64,000 nt of DNA from a bacterium (GCA_963611815.1 CAVDSY010000025.1:1596-65595), one strand, 5' to 3'; counted from the first letter of the stretch, positions 1 to 9,349 are shown. Notes: generated by a model not told the origin, from the sequence alone. Numbers and translations: made by a program.

Positions 1-153
1 GGAAGCCCCCCTTTATCTTCAGCGACTTAATTGCGGAGCTTCCTTTTTCTTATCGCCACCTACATTTGCGGAACGCTACCCCCACGAGCGATAAGCATCG
101 AACCTCGCCTTCGTTTGGTCTATACTTTTGGCGTATTTAAGAAGGGATCAGAA

Positions 154-966
154 ATGAGAACAATCGTGATAACCGGCTCGGCGAGGGGGTTTGGCTTCCA
201 GCTCGCGAAGAAATTCAAGGAGGGCGGCTTCAACGTCGTGCTCTCTGACGTCAATGAGGCCAATCTTTCCAAAGCCGTCGAAGAGCTTTCGAAGGTCAAT
301 CCTTCCACCAAGGCCGTCTCGACATTGTGCGACGTCACCAAATGCGAAGACGTCGAAAAGCTCTGGGACTTCGCCAAGAAGGAATTCGGGCAAGTCGACA
401 TTTGGATCAACAACGCCGGGGTCAATTCTCCGAACAAAGGCGTTTATGAATTCGAATCCAAGGAGATCGATTTCATCCTCAACGTTGATCTTAAAGGGAC
501 CGTCTATGGCTCAAAGGTCGCCTTCAAAGGGATGAAGGAGCAGGGCTTTGGGCAGATATACAACGTCGAAGGCTATGGCTCCAACGACGCGGTGATGACC
601 GGCCTCACGATGTATGGCACTGCCAAGAGGGCGGTCACCTATTTCACGAAGTCCCTGATGCGCGAAAGCGACGATCTGACCGATGGGAAGGTCAAGGTTT
701 GCCTCCTCACGCCCGGCATCATGATCACCGATTTCATCACGCACGCCAACGGCGACAAGACGAAGGTCGAGCTCAGCGAGAAGACCAAAAAGGTCTACAA
801 CATCCTCGGCGATTATCCCTCGACGATCGTCGATTACGTCGTGCCAAGGATGATCAAGAACGAGAAGAATGGCTACAACGTCGTCTGGCTTACCAACGGG
901 AGGGCGTTCAGGCGCTTCCTCTTCGCGGGATTCAACAAAAGGGATTTCTTTGCCGAGGAGAAATGA
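154..966 (+). CDS. SDR-family oxidoreductase (short-chain dehydrogenase/reductase)
   Basis: ORF 31..966 trimmed to ATG 154 (GAAGGGA SD upstream). TGSARGFG Rossmann motif, NNAG, and YGTAK (YxxxK) catalytic motif. Confidence 0.8.
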   Translation: MRTIVITGSARGFGFQLAKKFKEGGFNVVLSDVNEANLSKAVEELSKVNPSTKAVSTLCDVTKCEDVEKLWDFAKKEFGQVDIWINNAGVNSPNKGVYEFESKEIDFILNVDLKGTVYGSKVAFKGMKEQGFGQIYNVEGYGSNDAVMTGLTMYGTAKRAVTYFTKSLMRESDDLTDGKVKVCLLTPGIMITDFITHANGDKTKVELSEKTKKVYNILGDYPSTIVDYVVPRMIKNEKNGYNVVWLTNGRAFRRFLFAGFNKRDFFAEEK

Positions 967-967
967 C

Positions 968-990
968 CAGGGCCTTCCGGGCCCTTTTTG
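968..990 (+). terminator. Intrinsic terminator after the SDR gene
   Basis: GGGCC(970-974)/GGCCC(980-984) stem with a 5-nt loop, followed by TTTTT 985-989. Confidence 0.7.
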
Positions 991-1305
991 ATTGCCTCTT
1001 TCTGTTCCTCTTTTAAAGATTCTTGAAGGCGAGGAATTGCCGCGCCTATTTGGCTAATGCTTAAAGCAAATGATGTGAGGTATGTATTTTTTGGTTTTCA
1101 TGATGCAAAGTTCTATTGACATCATAAGGTTTTATTCTTTCAAAAAATAACAAAATGCAGATATGGCCAATTTCTATGGAGAGTTTCTTTTTGATGCGCT
1201 TTTCTATAAATGCAATGTCTATATTGCTTTACATCGCTTGAAACCACTATTTTGTGGAGCGTATTTTATGGCCAGTTTGCAGCAATTGATTTGGAGGATT
1301 TTCGT

Positions 1306-3150
1306 ATGTGCGGCATCGTCGGATATGCTGGGGAAAAGAAGGCTTGCCACATCTTGGTAGAAGGCCTGAAAAAACTTGAGTATCGAGGATATGACTCCGC
1401 GGGAGTCTGCCTCAGGGGAGGGGAAGGCGAGCCTGTTGTGGTCAAGTCCGTGGGCCGAATCAGCAGCCTTGAAAAAAAGATTTCGCTGCTTGGCGATGCC
1501 GACGGCAATGTGGGAATAGGCCACACGAGGTGGGCGACGCATGGCGAGGCCAGCGAGAACAACGCTCACCCCCATTATAGCGACGACTTCAACGTCATCG
1601 GGGTTCATAACGGGATCATCGAGAATTACAAAGAGCTCAAGGAAAAATTGCTTTCGAAGGGCTATGCTTTCTATTCGGACACGGACACGGAGGTCCTCAT
1701 CAAACTCATCGATTACTATTGCAAGAAGCACTCCCTCGGCCCCCTCGACGCGCTAAACAAAGCCCTGGTGCGGGTCAGGGGGTCTTACGCGGTGGCGCTG
1801 ATGTTCAAAGCCTTCCCCAAGCAGGTCTGGTTCGCCAAGAAAGGAAGCCCCTTGATAGTGGCGAAAGGCCGAGGGGAAAGCTTTCTCGCCAGCGATGCTT
1901 CCGCTATCGACGGGGCAACCGGCAAAGTTATTTACGTCGAGGACTACGAATGCGGTTATATCGAGGGAGGGGAAGCCGTTTTCTACGACCTCAACGGCAA
2001 TGACATCACCCAATCCAAGAAAGCCGTGGAACTCGCATGGAGAAGCGGCGCCTCAAGCAAAGGCGATTACCCTCATTACATGCTCAAGGAGATATGCGAG
2101 CAGCCCTCTTCGATCAGGGCGACGCTCGAAAAATACATCAAAAATGGCGAAATCAGTTTTGAGGATTCCGGCCTTCGCGATGAAGAGCTTTCCTCGTTCA
2201 AGAGCATTTACATCGTCGCCTGCGGCTCAGCCTACCATACCGGGATGGTCGCCCAATACCTCTTTGAGGATCTTTGCGGGGTGAGCGTCAGATGCGAGCT
2301 CGCGAGCGAATTCAAATACAGGAATCTGCCGCTTGAGGAAGGCTCATTGGCCATTTTCGTCTCACAGTCGGGCGAGACGAAAGACACCCATGAGGCTTTG
2401 CTCAAAGCCAAAGCGCACCGCCTCAGATGCCTTTCGATCGTCAACGTGTTCGCTTCGACCATCGCGCGCGACTCCGACCTGACCCTTTATACCTATGCCG
2501 GCCCCGAGATAGCGGTGGCGACGACGAAAGCCTATTCCTGTCAGCTTTCCGTCCTCTATCTTCTTGCGGTGCGGATGGCCTATTCAAAGAAGGCCATAAG
2601 CGAGGAGAAATACCGTTATTACCTGAAGGAAATATCCTCCATCCCAGGGAAAATCGAGACGTTGCTTAAAGACGTCTCCCCCTTCCAGAGGATCGCTTCG
2701 AATCTCGCCGCCACCAAAGACGTTTTCTTCATCGGGAGGGGGGAGGATTACGCAGTCTGCATGGAAGGATCGCTAAAACTAAAAGAGGTCTCTTACATCC
2801 ATTCGGAGGCTTTCGCGGCGGGTGAGCTCAAGCACGGAACGATTTCCCTGATCGACGCCAAGGCCATGACAGTGGCGATTTTGACCCAAGAGAAGCTCGC
2901 CGAGAAGACCTATTCCAATGCGGTGGAGGTCAAAGCGAGGTCAGGGAAGATTGTCGGGGTCGTCAGCGAAAACGTCCATCTCGATGAAAGTCTCTTCGAT
3001 TATTCCATCAAGATCCCTGGAATCGATGCGCATTTCTCCCCGAGCTTGGCGATAGTGAGCCTGCAGATCATCGCCTATTACGTCAGCCTCGATAAAGGCA
3101 TCGACCCCGATAAGCCCAGGAACCTCGCGAAATCCGTCACCGTCGAATGA
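1306..3150 (+). CDS. glmS: Glutamine--fructose-6-phosphate aminotransferase
   Basis: ORF 1210..3150 trimmed to ATG 1306 (GGAGGA SD at 1293-1298). MCGIVGY N-terminal Cys nucleophile, tandem SIS-domain body, C-terminal KSVTVE. Confidence 0.95.
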   Translation: MCGIVGYAGEKKACHILVEGLKKLEYRGYDSAGVCLRGGEGEPVVVKSVGRISSLEKKISLLGDADGNVGIGHTRWATHGEASENNAHPHYSDDFNVIGVHNGIIENYKELKEKLLSKGYAFYSDTDTEVLIKLIDYYCKKHSLGPLDALNKALVRVRGSYAVALMFKAFPKQVWFAKKGSPLIVAKGRGESFLASDASAIDGATGKVIYVEDYECGYIEGGEAVFYDLNGNDITQSKKAVELAWRSGASSKGDYPHYMLKEICEQPSSIRATLEKYIKNGEISFEDSGLRDEELSSFKSIYIVACGSAYHTGMVAQYLFEDLCGVSVRCELASEFKYRNLPLEEGSLAIFVSQSGETKDTHEALLKAKAHRLRCLSIVNVFASTIARDSDLTLYTYAGPEIAVATTKAYSCQLSVLYLLAVRMAYSKKAISEEKYRYYLKEISSIPGKIETLLKDVSPFQRIASNLAATKDVFFIGRGEDYAVCMEGSLKLKEVSYIHSEAFAAGELKHGTISLIDAKAMTVAILTQEKLAEKTYSNAVEVKARSGKIVGVVSENVHLDESLFDYSIKIPGIDAHFSPSLAIVSLQIIAYYVSLDKGIDPDKPRNLAKSVTVE

Positions 3151-3331
3151 AGGGAATCCAAGGAAAGCGGCAACCTTCCTTCGGGGCCAAGATTTTTCTT
3201 TTTGGTCTGAGTTAAGATGCCTTGGGAAAAAGCGGTAGGAAAAGGCGCCATAGGCATAATTTGGAAGTTTCTTTGGACGGCAGATAGAAGAAAAGCGTTC
3301 CTTTCGAGCGGCATTACTTTAGAATTTGCCC

Positions 3332-4222
3332 ATGCACCAGATCGATGTTCTTTACGATAAAGGCCGCTACGAAGAGGCCCTTGAAATAGCCAAGGGGTCT
3401 GAAGATCCCCACGATGTCGGAGTGGGGGTATCTTCCCTCATCGCCCTCGGCAGAAGGCAAGAGGCCCTCGATATGCTTCTTTCCCGTAGGAAGGAGCTTT
3501 TCTCGCACAACCCCCTTCTTTGCATGAAAGCCGATTTCGAGCTGCGCTTCGCTTTGGAGCAGTTCGACGAAGCCTATGATGACCTCAGCTATTTCAATAA
3601 CCTCCCTTACGTCAGCCAGCAGGTCGAGGAGGCCCTGCGGGAGTATCCTAAGAAGATAAGGGAGGAGGAGAAAGCCTATCTTATCCAAGGCAAGGCCAAT
3701 GGGGATAACCTCGACGAACTGCTATCTTGCAGCGATCCTTACGCCGTCCTCGGCGCGCTTTCCAAAATCGGGAACGAGCGGCTTGAAGGCTACGAGAGCA
3801 AAATCGCCGGCCTCCTCGCCTCTTCCCAATACCATGACGTCAAAGTCTTCGCCCTTGAGGTCCTCGTAAGCCTTGGCTATGGCAAGGAAGTGACCTTCGC
3901 CGATGGCGGGGAAAAGAGAAAAGTGAGGCCGAGCGAATTGGTCTCGCCATTTGCCGAGAAAAACTACCAAAGCCTCAGGACGATGCTTGGGACGCTGAAG
4001 GATTCCTCTTTGCAGCGCGTTTGCATCAGTTTGCTCGACCAGATAGCGATGTCTTCTTTCCCCGATTATCCTTTCAAAGGAGCCACCCTCAGCACGACTT
4101 TGGATGCTTTGCTTTCCTTGGGCAATGAATACCTCGGTGGGAAAGAGGCTGCCGAAGGGAAAAGCGCAGAGGAGAAATCGCGCCTGAAAGCCATCCTCGC
4201 TAAACACCCGCCCCTGCCTTGA
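3332..4222 (+). CDS. Hypothetical all-helical (TPR-like) protein upstream of tig-lon
   Basis: Long ORF in genome-typical composition with a helix-repeat-like sequence (YEEALEIA..., RRQEALDML...). No motif I can assign. Start taken at ATG 3332; the track starts at TTG 3326. Confidence 0.65.
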   Translation: MHQIDVLYDKGRYEEALEIAKGSEDPHDVGVGVSSLIALGRRQEALDMLLSRRKELFSHNPLLCMKADFELRFALEQFDEAYDDLSYFNNLPYVSQQVEEALREYPKKIREEEKAYLIQGKANGDNLDELLSCSDPYAVLGALSKIGNERLEGYESKIAGLLASSQYHDVKVFALEVLVSLGYGKEVTFADGGEKRKVRPSELVSPFAEKNYQSLRTMLGTLKDSSLQRVCISLLDQIAMSSFPDYPFKGATLSTTLDALLSLGNEYLGGKEAAEGKSAEEKSRLKAILAKHPPLP

Positions 4223-4276
4223 TGGGGGCGTGTTGAAGGAGGAATCGCCTCGTTGGTCCTGCCCTAAAAAAGTGTT

Positions 4277-4304
4277 TTGACCTATCCATAGGATAGAGTA
4301 TATT
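4277..4304 (+). promoter_or_regulatory. Candidate sigma-A promoter of tig with a palindrome in the spacer
   Basis: TTGACC (4277-4282), 16-nt spacer, TATATT (4299-4304). The spacer contains the perfect inverted repeat CTATCC-ATA-GGATAG (4282-4296). Confidence 0.5.
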
Positions 4305-4331
4305 TATACACGCTAAATAAAGGAAAAACGT

Positions 4332-5726
4332 ATGAAATCCACCATCAAAACCCTTGAAACAGGCAAAATCGAAGGCGTCTGCGACGTCGAGAAAGACCTC
4401 TGGAAATCGGCCCAGAAGAAAGCCTTCAACAAGCTTGCCTCCCATGTGAGCGTCAAAGGCTTCCGCCCCGGCAAAGCCCCCGAGAGCTATCTCCGCGCCC
4501 GCGTTTCGCAATCCCAGATCTTCAACGAGGCCATCGACTCCGTCCTTGGCACCGTCTACAGCACTTTCGTCGTCGAGAACAAGCTCCAACCCTTCTCCAG
4601 GCCGAGCGTCGACGTCACCAAACTCACCGAAGATGAGCTTCAGGTCAAATTCACCGTCACCCTGTTCCCAGACGTGACTCTTGGGGATCACAAAGGCCTC
4701 AAAGCCGAGAAGAAAGTCGAGGGCGTCACCGAGAAAGAGGTGGAGGAAGCCATCAGCAAGAGGCTTGCTAACGCCGCTGACCTTGTCGTCGTCGACAGGA
4801 AAGCCAAGAAAGGCGACACCGTCGTCCTCGATTTCACCGGCGAGATGGACGGGGTCGAGTTCGAAGGCGGCAGCGCGAAAAACTACGAGCTTGAGCTCGG
4901 ATCCAATTCCTTCGTCCCTGGCTTCGAAGATGCCCTCGTCGGCGTCAAGAGCGGGGATAGCAAGGACGTCAACATCACTTTCCCCGAGCAATACGTCAAA
5001 GAGCTCGCCGGCAAGCCCGCGACCTTCCACTGCGTCATCCATGAGATCAAAGAGAAGAAGGTCCCCGTCCTCTCTGACGAGGCCGTCAAGGACTTCGGCA
5101 TCAAGGACGTCGAGACCGTCTCCGCGATGAAGGACTACCAGAAGAAGACCCTCGCCGAAGGCAAAGCGCGTCAGGCAGAAGAGAATTACTACAACGCCCT
5201 CGTCGCCCAGATCGTGAAGAACTCCAAGGTCGACATCGCCGACTCCATCGTCGAAGAGGAAGCCGCGACCCAAGAGGAGAACACCAAGAAGCAGGTTGAG
5301 AGCAACGGCCTCACCTTCGAGCAGTACCTTGAGATCACCGGCCAAAAGGAAGAGGATCTCAAAGCCACCCTCAAATCCAACGCGAAAGCCACCCTCACCC
5401 AATATCTCGTCCTCCAGCAGCTCGCCCATGTCGAAGGGCTTGACGTCAATGACGCTGAGCTCGACACCGAGATCGCCAAACTGGCCGACCAGTACAAGAT
5501 GAGCGTCGAGGACGTCAGGAAAGCTCTTGGCAACGTCGAGAACTTCCGCGAATCCATCCGCTCACGCAAGGTGAGGGAATGGATCCTCGCCAACAACGGC
5601 GTCAGCGAAGCCAAAGCAGAGAAGAAAGAAACTTCCGCCAAGGCCGACGAAAAGCCAGCCAAGAAAGCCCCGGCGAAGAAACCCGCCGCCAAGAAAACCT
5701 CAGCCAAGAAAGCCGAGGACAAATAA
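4332..5726 (+). CDS. tig: Trigger factor (ribosome-associated PPIase chaperone) with Lys/Ala/Pro-rich C-terminal tail
   Basis: N-terminal GFRPGKAP ribosome-binding signature, central FKBP-like domain (GVEFEGG...PGFE), SD AAAGGAAAAA upstream. Confidence 0.95.
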   Translation: MKSTIKTLETGKIEGVCDVEKDLWKSAQKKAFNKLASHVSVKGFRPGKAPESYLRARVSQSQIFNEAIDSVLGTVYSTFVVENKLQPFSRPSVDVTKLTEDELQVKFTVTLFPDVTLGDHKGLKAEKKVEGVTEKEVEEAISKRLANAADLVVVDRKAKKGDTVVLDFTGEMDGVEFEGGSAKNYELELGSNSFVPGFEDALVGVKSGDSKDVNITFPEQYVKELAGKPATFHCVIHEIKEKKVPVLSDEAVKDFGIKDVETVSAMKDYQKKTLAEGKARQAEENYYNALVAQIVKNSKVDIADSIVEEEAATQEENTKKQVESNGLTFEQYLEITGQKEEDLKATLKSNAKATLTQYLVLQQLAHVEGLDVNDAELDTEIAKLADQYKMSVEDVRKALGNVENFRESIRSRKVREWILANNGVSEAKAEKKETSAKADEKPAKKAPAKKPAAKKTSAKKAEDK

Positions 5727-5750
5727 GCAACGCTATTTGAAAAACTAAAG

Positions 5751-5772
5751 ACCCGCCGACAAGGCGGGTTTT
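5751..5772 (+). terminator. Intrinsic terminator after tig
   Basis: ACCCGCC(5751-5757)/GGCGGGT(5763-5769) stem followed by a T-run. Confidence 0.8.
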
Positions 5773-5800
5773 GTCTCCTTCCTCTATGCGCAGGAAGGAA

Positions 5801-5827
5801 TTAGCAATCACGCCTTGACAGTGCCAA
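5801..5827 (+). promoter_or_regulatory. CIRCE-like inverted repeat A (putative HrcA operator) overlapping the lon -35
   Basis: TTAGCAATC-N9-CAGTGCCAA versus the CIRCE consensus TTAGCACTC-N9-GAGTGCTAA: 15/18 matches. Confidence 0.55.
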
Positions 5828-5842
5828 ATCGGACTTTATAAT
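5815..5842 (+). promoter_or_regulatory. Sigma-A-type promoter of lon
   Basis: TTGACA (5815-5820), 16-nt spacer, TATAAT (5837-5842). Confidence 0.7.
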
Positions 5843-5846
5843 CCCG

Positions 5847-5873
5847 TTAGCACTCAATTGCCTAGATTGCTAG
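5847..5873 (+). promoter_or_regulatory. CIRCE-like inverted repeat B (putative HrcA operator) between the -10 and the lon SD
   Basis: TTAGCACTC-N9-GATTGCTAG: the left arm is a perfect CIRCE half-site and 16/18 positions match overall. Confidence 0.7.
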
Positions 5874-5885
5874 AAAGGAAGAGCC

Positions 5886-8240
5886 ATGCCAGAACAGCCA
5901 CTCAACCAGACCAACGAGAATCTGACCCTCCCTCTGCTAATAACCAGGGGGCTCATTGTTTTCCCAAACGCCAGCGAGGAGATCGATGCCGCCAGGGCGT
6001 TCTCCGTGAAAGCCATCGAAGACGCCAAAGCCGAGACCAACTCCCTTCTTTTCCTCGTCGCCCAGAAAGACCCCAAGATCGATTCGCCAAAAGAGGGCGA
6101 CCTATACGAATGCGGCACGCTTTGCCGCATTGTGAGCTACGCCAAAAACGGCGATGGCCTCCGCGTGAGGGTGGTGGGCATGAAACGCGCCCGCTTCCTT
6201 AAAATCCATTTGGGCGCTTCCCCGGTCGCCGAGGGCATCTTGCTTGAGACGGTCCACGGAGACAAAAGCGAGGAGCAGGCCAAGCTCAAAGAGCTTATGG
6301 ACGCTCTCTCGTCCAACGCCGAGATAGCCAAAGGCATGTCGCGCGGGGCGGTGGCTCAGCTCTCCAAATCAATGCAGATAGAGGACATCCCCGACGCCCT
6401 CGCAAATTATTTGCCGCTCACCAACGACCAAAAGGCCGACCTCCTCTCCGAGGCGTCTTTGCTGAAGCGCATTGAGAAGATAGTCGCCTTCATCTCGTCG
6501 ATTCAGAGGATGGCTGAGGTTGACAAGAAAATATCCGACAAAGTGGCCGCGAGCGCGGAAAAATCCCAGAAAGATTATTACTTGCGCGAGAAAATGAAGG
6601 CCATCAAGGAGGAACTTGGCGAAGGAGGGGGGTCGCAAGACGAGGACTCCATCAAGGAAAAACTCGAGAAGAACCCCTATCCCGAGAACGTCAAAACGCG
6701 CATCAAGCACGAGCTCCATCGCTACGAGATGATGCCGGAGTCCTCTTTGGAGGCCTCTCTCATCATGAGCTACATCGAGACCCTGATGAATGTGCCTTGG
6801 TTTGAGAAAAGCGAGGACAATGAGGATCTCAACAACGTCCGCAAAGTCCTTGACGAGGACCATTTTGGGCTAGAGAAAGTCAAGAAACGCATCATCGAAT
6901 ATCTGGCCGTCAAAAAGATGACGGGTAACCTCAAAGCCCCGATCCTTTGCTTCTACGGCCCCCCGGGATGCGGCAAAACTTCCTTGGGAAGGTCGATTGC
7001 GCGCGCTTTGGGGAGGAAATTCTTCAAGGCCAGCCTCGGCGGCATCAGCGATGAGGCCGAGATCAGGGGCCACAGGCGGACCTACGTCGGCTCCTTGCCC
7101 GGACGCATAATCCAAGGCATGAGCAAGGCGGGGACGGTGAATCCTGTGTTCTTGCTCGATGAGATCGACAAGGTGGGCGGCAGCAATTACCGCGGCGACC
7201 CCAGCTCCGCTTTGCTGGAGGTTCTTGACCCGGAGCAGAACTACGCCTTCAACGACAACTACCTCGAAGAGCCTTACGACCTCAGCAACGTCCTTTTCAT
7301 CTGCACGGCCAATAACCTCGACAACATTCCGCGTCCTTTGCTCGATAGGCTTGAGCTCATCGAGGTTCCTAGCTATACCGAGTTGGAGAAGATCAAGATC
7401 GCCCAGGGCTTCCTCATCCCGAAGCAAACCAAGGCCAATGGCCTCGGCGAGAAGGACATCTCCTTCTCCGAGGACTCCATAATCGAGATAATCCGCCATT
7501 ATTCAATGGAGGCCGGAGTGAGACAGCTTGAGAGGCTCGTGGCGAGCGTTTGCCGCAAGGCAGTGGTAGAGCTGCTTGACAATCCCGATACCCCAAAGCC
7601 GATCGAAGTGACCCCGGAGCTCGTCCAAAAGTATCTTGGCGTCGAGATTTTCGACGATACGAAGAAAGAAAAAGAAGACCAAGTCGGCGTGGTCACCGGC
7701 TTAGCCTACACCGAAGCTGGCGGAGACATCCTCCCAATGGAAGTCACCTATTTCAGCGGCAAGGGAGGGCTTGTGCTCACCGGGAAGCTTGGTGAGGTGA
7801 TGAAGGAATCCTGCCAGATCGCTTTGGATTACGTCCGGGCGAACGCGAAACGCTATGGCATCGACGACAAAATCTTCCAGGAGAACGACATCCACGTCCA
7901 TTTCCCAGAAGGCGCCGTGCCTAAGGACGGCCCAAGCGCCGGCGTCGCGATAACCACGGCCATCATCTCCGCCCTCACCAACACCAAAGTCTCCTCCTCG
8001 GTGGCGATGACTGGCGAGGTGACTCTCCGCGGCAAAGCGCTGCCAATCGGCGGCCTAAGGGAGAAATCTCTCGCCGCCATGCGCTCTGGAATCAAGACGA
8101 TCCTCGTCCCGGAAGCCAACCGCAAGGACGTCTCCGAGCTTCCTAAGGAAGTGAAAGACGGGCTTAAGATCGTCTTCATGAAGGAAGTTGACGACGCGCT
8201 CAAAGTGGCTCTCGTCAAAAAGGAAGAGACGGCTGCATGA
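5886..8240 (+). CDS. lon: ATP-dependent Lon protease
   Basis: N-terminal LON substrate domain, Walker A GPPGCGKTS, protease Ser in PKDGPSAG with downstream Lys (GGLREK). SD GAAAGGAAG. Confidence 0.95.
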   Translation: MPEQPLNQTNENLTLPLLITRGLIVFPNASEEIDAARAFSVKAIEDAKAETNSLLFLVAQKDPKIDSPKEGDLYECGTLCRIVSYAKNGDGLRVRVVGMKRARFLKIHLGASPVAEGILLETVHGDKSEEQAKLKELMDALSSNAEIAKGMSRGAVAQLSKSMQIEDIPDALANYLPLTNDQKADLLSEASLLKRIEKIVAFISSIQRMAEVDKKISDKVAASAEKSQKDYYLREKMKAIKEELGEGGGSQDEDSIKEKLEKNPYPENVKTRIKHELHRYEMMPESSLEASLIMSYIETLMNVPWFEKSEDNEDLNNVRKVLDEDHFGLEKVKKRIIEYLAVKKMTGNLKAPILCFYGPPGCGKTSLGRSIARALGRKFFKASLGGISDEAEIRGHRRTYVGSLPGRIIQGMSKAGTVNPVFLLDEIDKVGGSNYRGDPSSALLEVLDPEQNYAFNDNYLEEPYDLSNVLFICTANNLDNIPRPLLDRLELIEVPSYTELEKIKIAQGFLIPKQTKANGLGEKDISFSEDSIIEIIRHYSMEAGVRQLERLVASVCRKAVVELLDNPDTPKPIEVTPELVQKYLGVEIFDDTKKEKEDQVGVVTGLAYTEAGGDILPMEVTYFSGKGGLVLTGKLGEVMKESCQIALDYVRANAKRYGIDDKIFQENDIHVHFPEGAVPKDGPSAGVAITTAIISALTNTKVSSSVAMTGEVTLRGKALPIGGLREKSLAAMRSGIKTILVPEANRKDVSELPKEVKDGLKIVFMKEVDDALKVALVKKEETAA

Positions 8241-8806
8241 GGCTGAACTTCCACAATTCGCTCTACGTCAAAAGCGCCCCCTCTTTGAAGGAGGCGCCGA
8301 AAGACGGCCTGCCGCACGTCCTTTTCTGCGGCAGATCGAACGTCGGAAAGAGTTCCCTCATCAACGCGGTGACCGGCTCAAAACTCGCTTTCTCCTCCAA
8401 AAAGGCGGGGAAGACGAAGCTGCTCAACTATTTCCTGATCGACAAAACTTTCTATCTTGTCGACTCTCCTGGCTATGGTTCTACCAGCTACGCCAATCTC
8501 ACGACCATCCAATTCTCCAAAATGATGGAGGATTACGTGAAGGACCGCTCCTTGAAAGCGGTGGTGCTCCTTGTCGATCTCCGAAGAGACCCCGGCGAGG
8601 ATGACAAAGCATTCTACAGGTATCTCCTCTCCACGGGCGTAAAACTCATCGTCGTGATAACCAAAGTAGATAAGCTGAACCAAAAGGAAAGGCACGAAGC
8701 GCAGCTGCGCGCGGAAAGCCTCGGATTGAGCGATCCCATCTTCTCCGACCTATCGCCGAAGTCGGTTGACCTCATCCGAAAGAGCGTCACCGATCTTCTT
8801 GCCTGA
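8237..8806 (+). CDS. engB: Ribosome-biogenesis GTPase EngB/YsxC
   Basis: G1 motif GRSNVGKSS, DSPGYG, TKVDK. ATGA overlap with the lon stop, and the lon-ysxC order matches Bacillus. Confidence 0.9.
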   Translation: MRLNFHNSLYVKSAPSLKEAPKDGLPHVLFCGRSNVGKSSLINAVTGSKLAFSSKKAGKTKLLNYFLIDKTFYLVDSPGYGSTSYANLTTIQFSKMMEDYVKDRSLKAVVLLVDLRRDPGEDDKAFYRYLLSTGVKLIVVITKVDKLNQKERHEAQLRAESLGLSDPIFSDLSPKSVDLIRKSVTDLLA

Positions 8807-8816
8807 AAACGTCAAA

Positions 8817-8856
8817 TCCGCCTTCATGGCTCCAAAAGAGGTCTAGGCGGGTTTTT
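8817..8856 (+). terminator. Possible terminator after engB
   Basis: CCGCC(8818-8822)/GGCGG(8846-8850) arms with a long loop, followed by TTTTT. Confidence 0.4.
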
Positions 8857-9057
8857 CTTTAGGCAAGCAAAATATTCTGTTGCGGTGGATGCTTTTTGTA
8901 TATGGCACCTAAAGGGATGAGCAGATAACCATTTATATTTCCCTATAACCTATCCCCAAAAGCTATTTTAAGGAATTCCGATGTAACGTTGGCTTAAATC
9001 TTATTGGCTTCAAAAATCAGGTCTGACGAATAAACGGGAAACAATTCGCCACGTTTC

Positions 9058-9087
9058 TTGCAAGCATTGCGCTTAGGAGATTTCAAT
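9058..9087 (+). promoter_or_regulatory. Possible promoter of the valS leader
   Basis: TTGCAA (9058-9063), 18-nt spacer, TTCAAT (9082-9087). The -10 is weak. Confidence 0.3.
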
Positions 9088-9089
9088 CA

Positions 9090-9349
9090 GAAAGCGTCTG
9101 AAAGTCCTTTTCCCTTTGCTATCAGCCTCCTCAAGGGACATAATATCCACGTTCTTCGAGGAATCCGCAGGGAGAGGAGAACTTCTTCGCTTAGAGAGCC
9201 CGGGGTTGGTGAAACCGGGAGGAAGGAGCCCTTGAGTCGGCGGGGGAGAAGAGACGCTACCCCCTGGCGAATAGGGGAAAAGTGCCTTAGCGATAAGGAA
9301 ATTGGGTGGTACCGCGCGCCGCGTCCCAATACGGATGCGGCTTTTATTT
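9090..9349 (+). promoter_or_regulatory. T-box riboswitch leader (tRNA-Val responsive) of valS
   Basis: Canonical T-box sequence AATTGGGTGGTACCGCG at 9300-9316. Stem I distal motifs AGAGAGC...GGTTGGTGAAA at 9193-9213. Candidate specifier GUC (Val) at 9236-9238. Terminator at the 3' end. The 5' boundary is approximate. Confidence 0.85.
9318..9349 (+). terminator. T-box terminator hairpin
   Basis: GCCGCGTCC(9318-9326)/GGATGCGGC(9333-9341) with one G-U pair, then TTTTATTT. The 5' arm overlaps the T-box antiterminator region. Confidence 0.8.

Noticed and set aside
967-1305. Possible glmS ribozyme in the 339-nt AT-rich leader of glmS
   Set aside because: Firmicute glmS genes often carry the ribozyme. 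This region is AT-rich and I could not find the GC-rich conserved core segments I remember for it. A cmscan with RF00234 would settle the question.
4200-5429. Long antisense ORFs opposite well-supported genes: 4200..5429 (409 aa, opposite tig), 17908..18972, 23978..25012, 28944..29714, 33002..33988, 41493..42395, 50874..51773, 53978..54784, 60235..61098
   Set aside because: They are mirror-frame products of GC3-biased genes. They are rich in Gly/Asp/Glu/Val/Arg/Leu low complexity and have no SD, motifs or independent spacing. The sense-strand genes have unambiguous family signatures.
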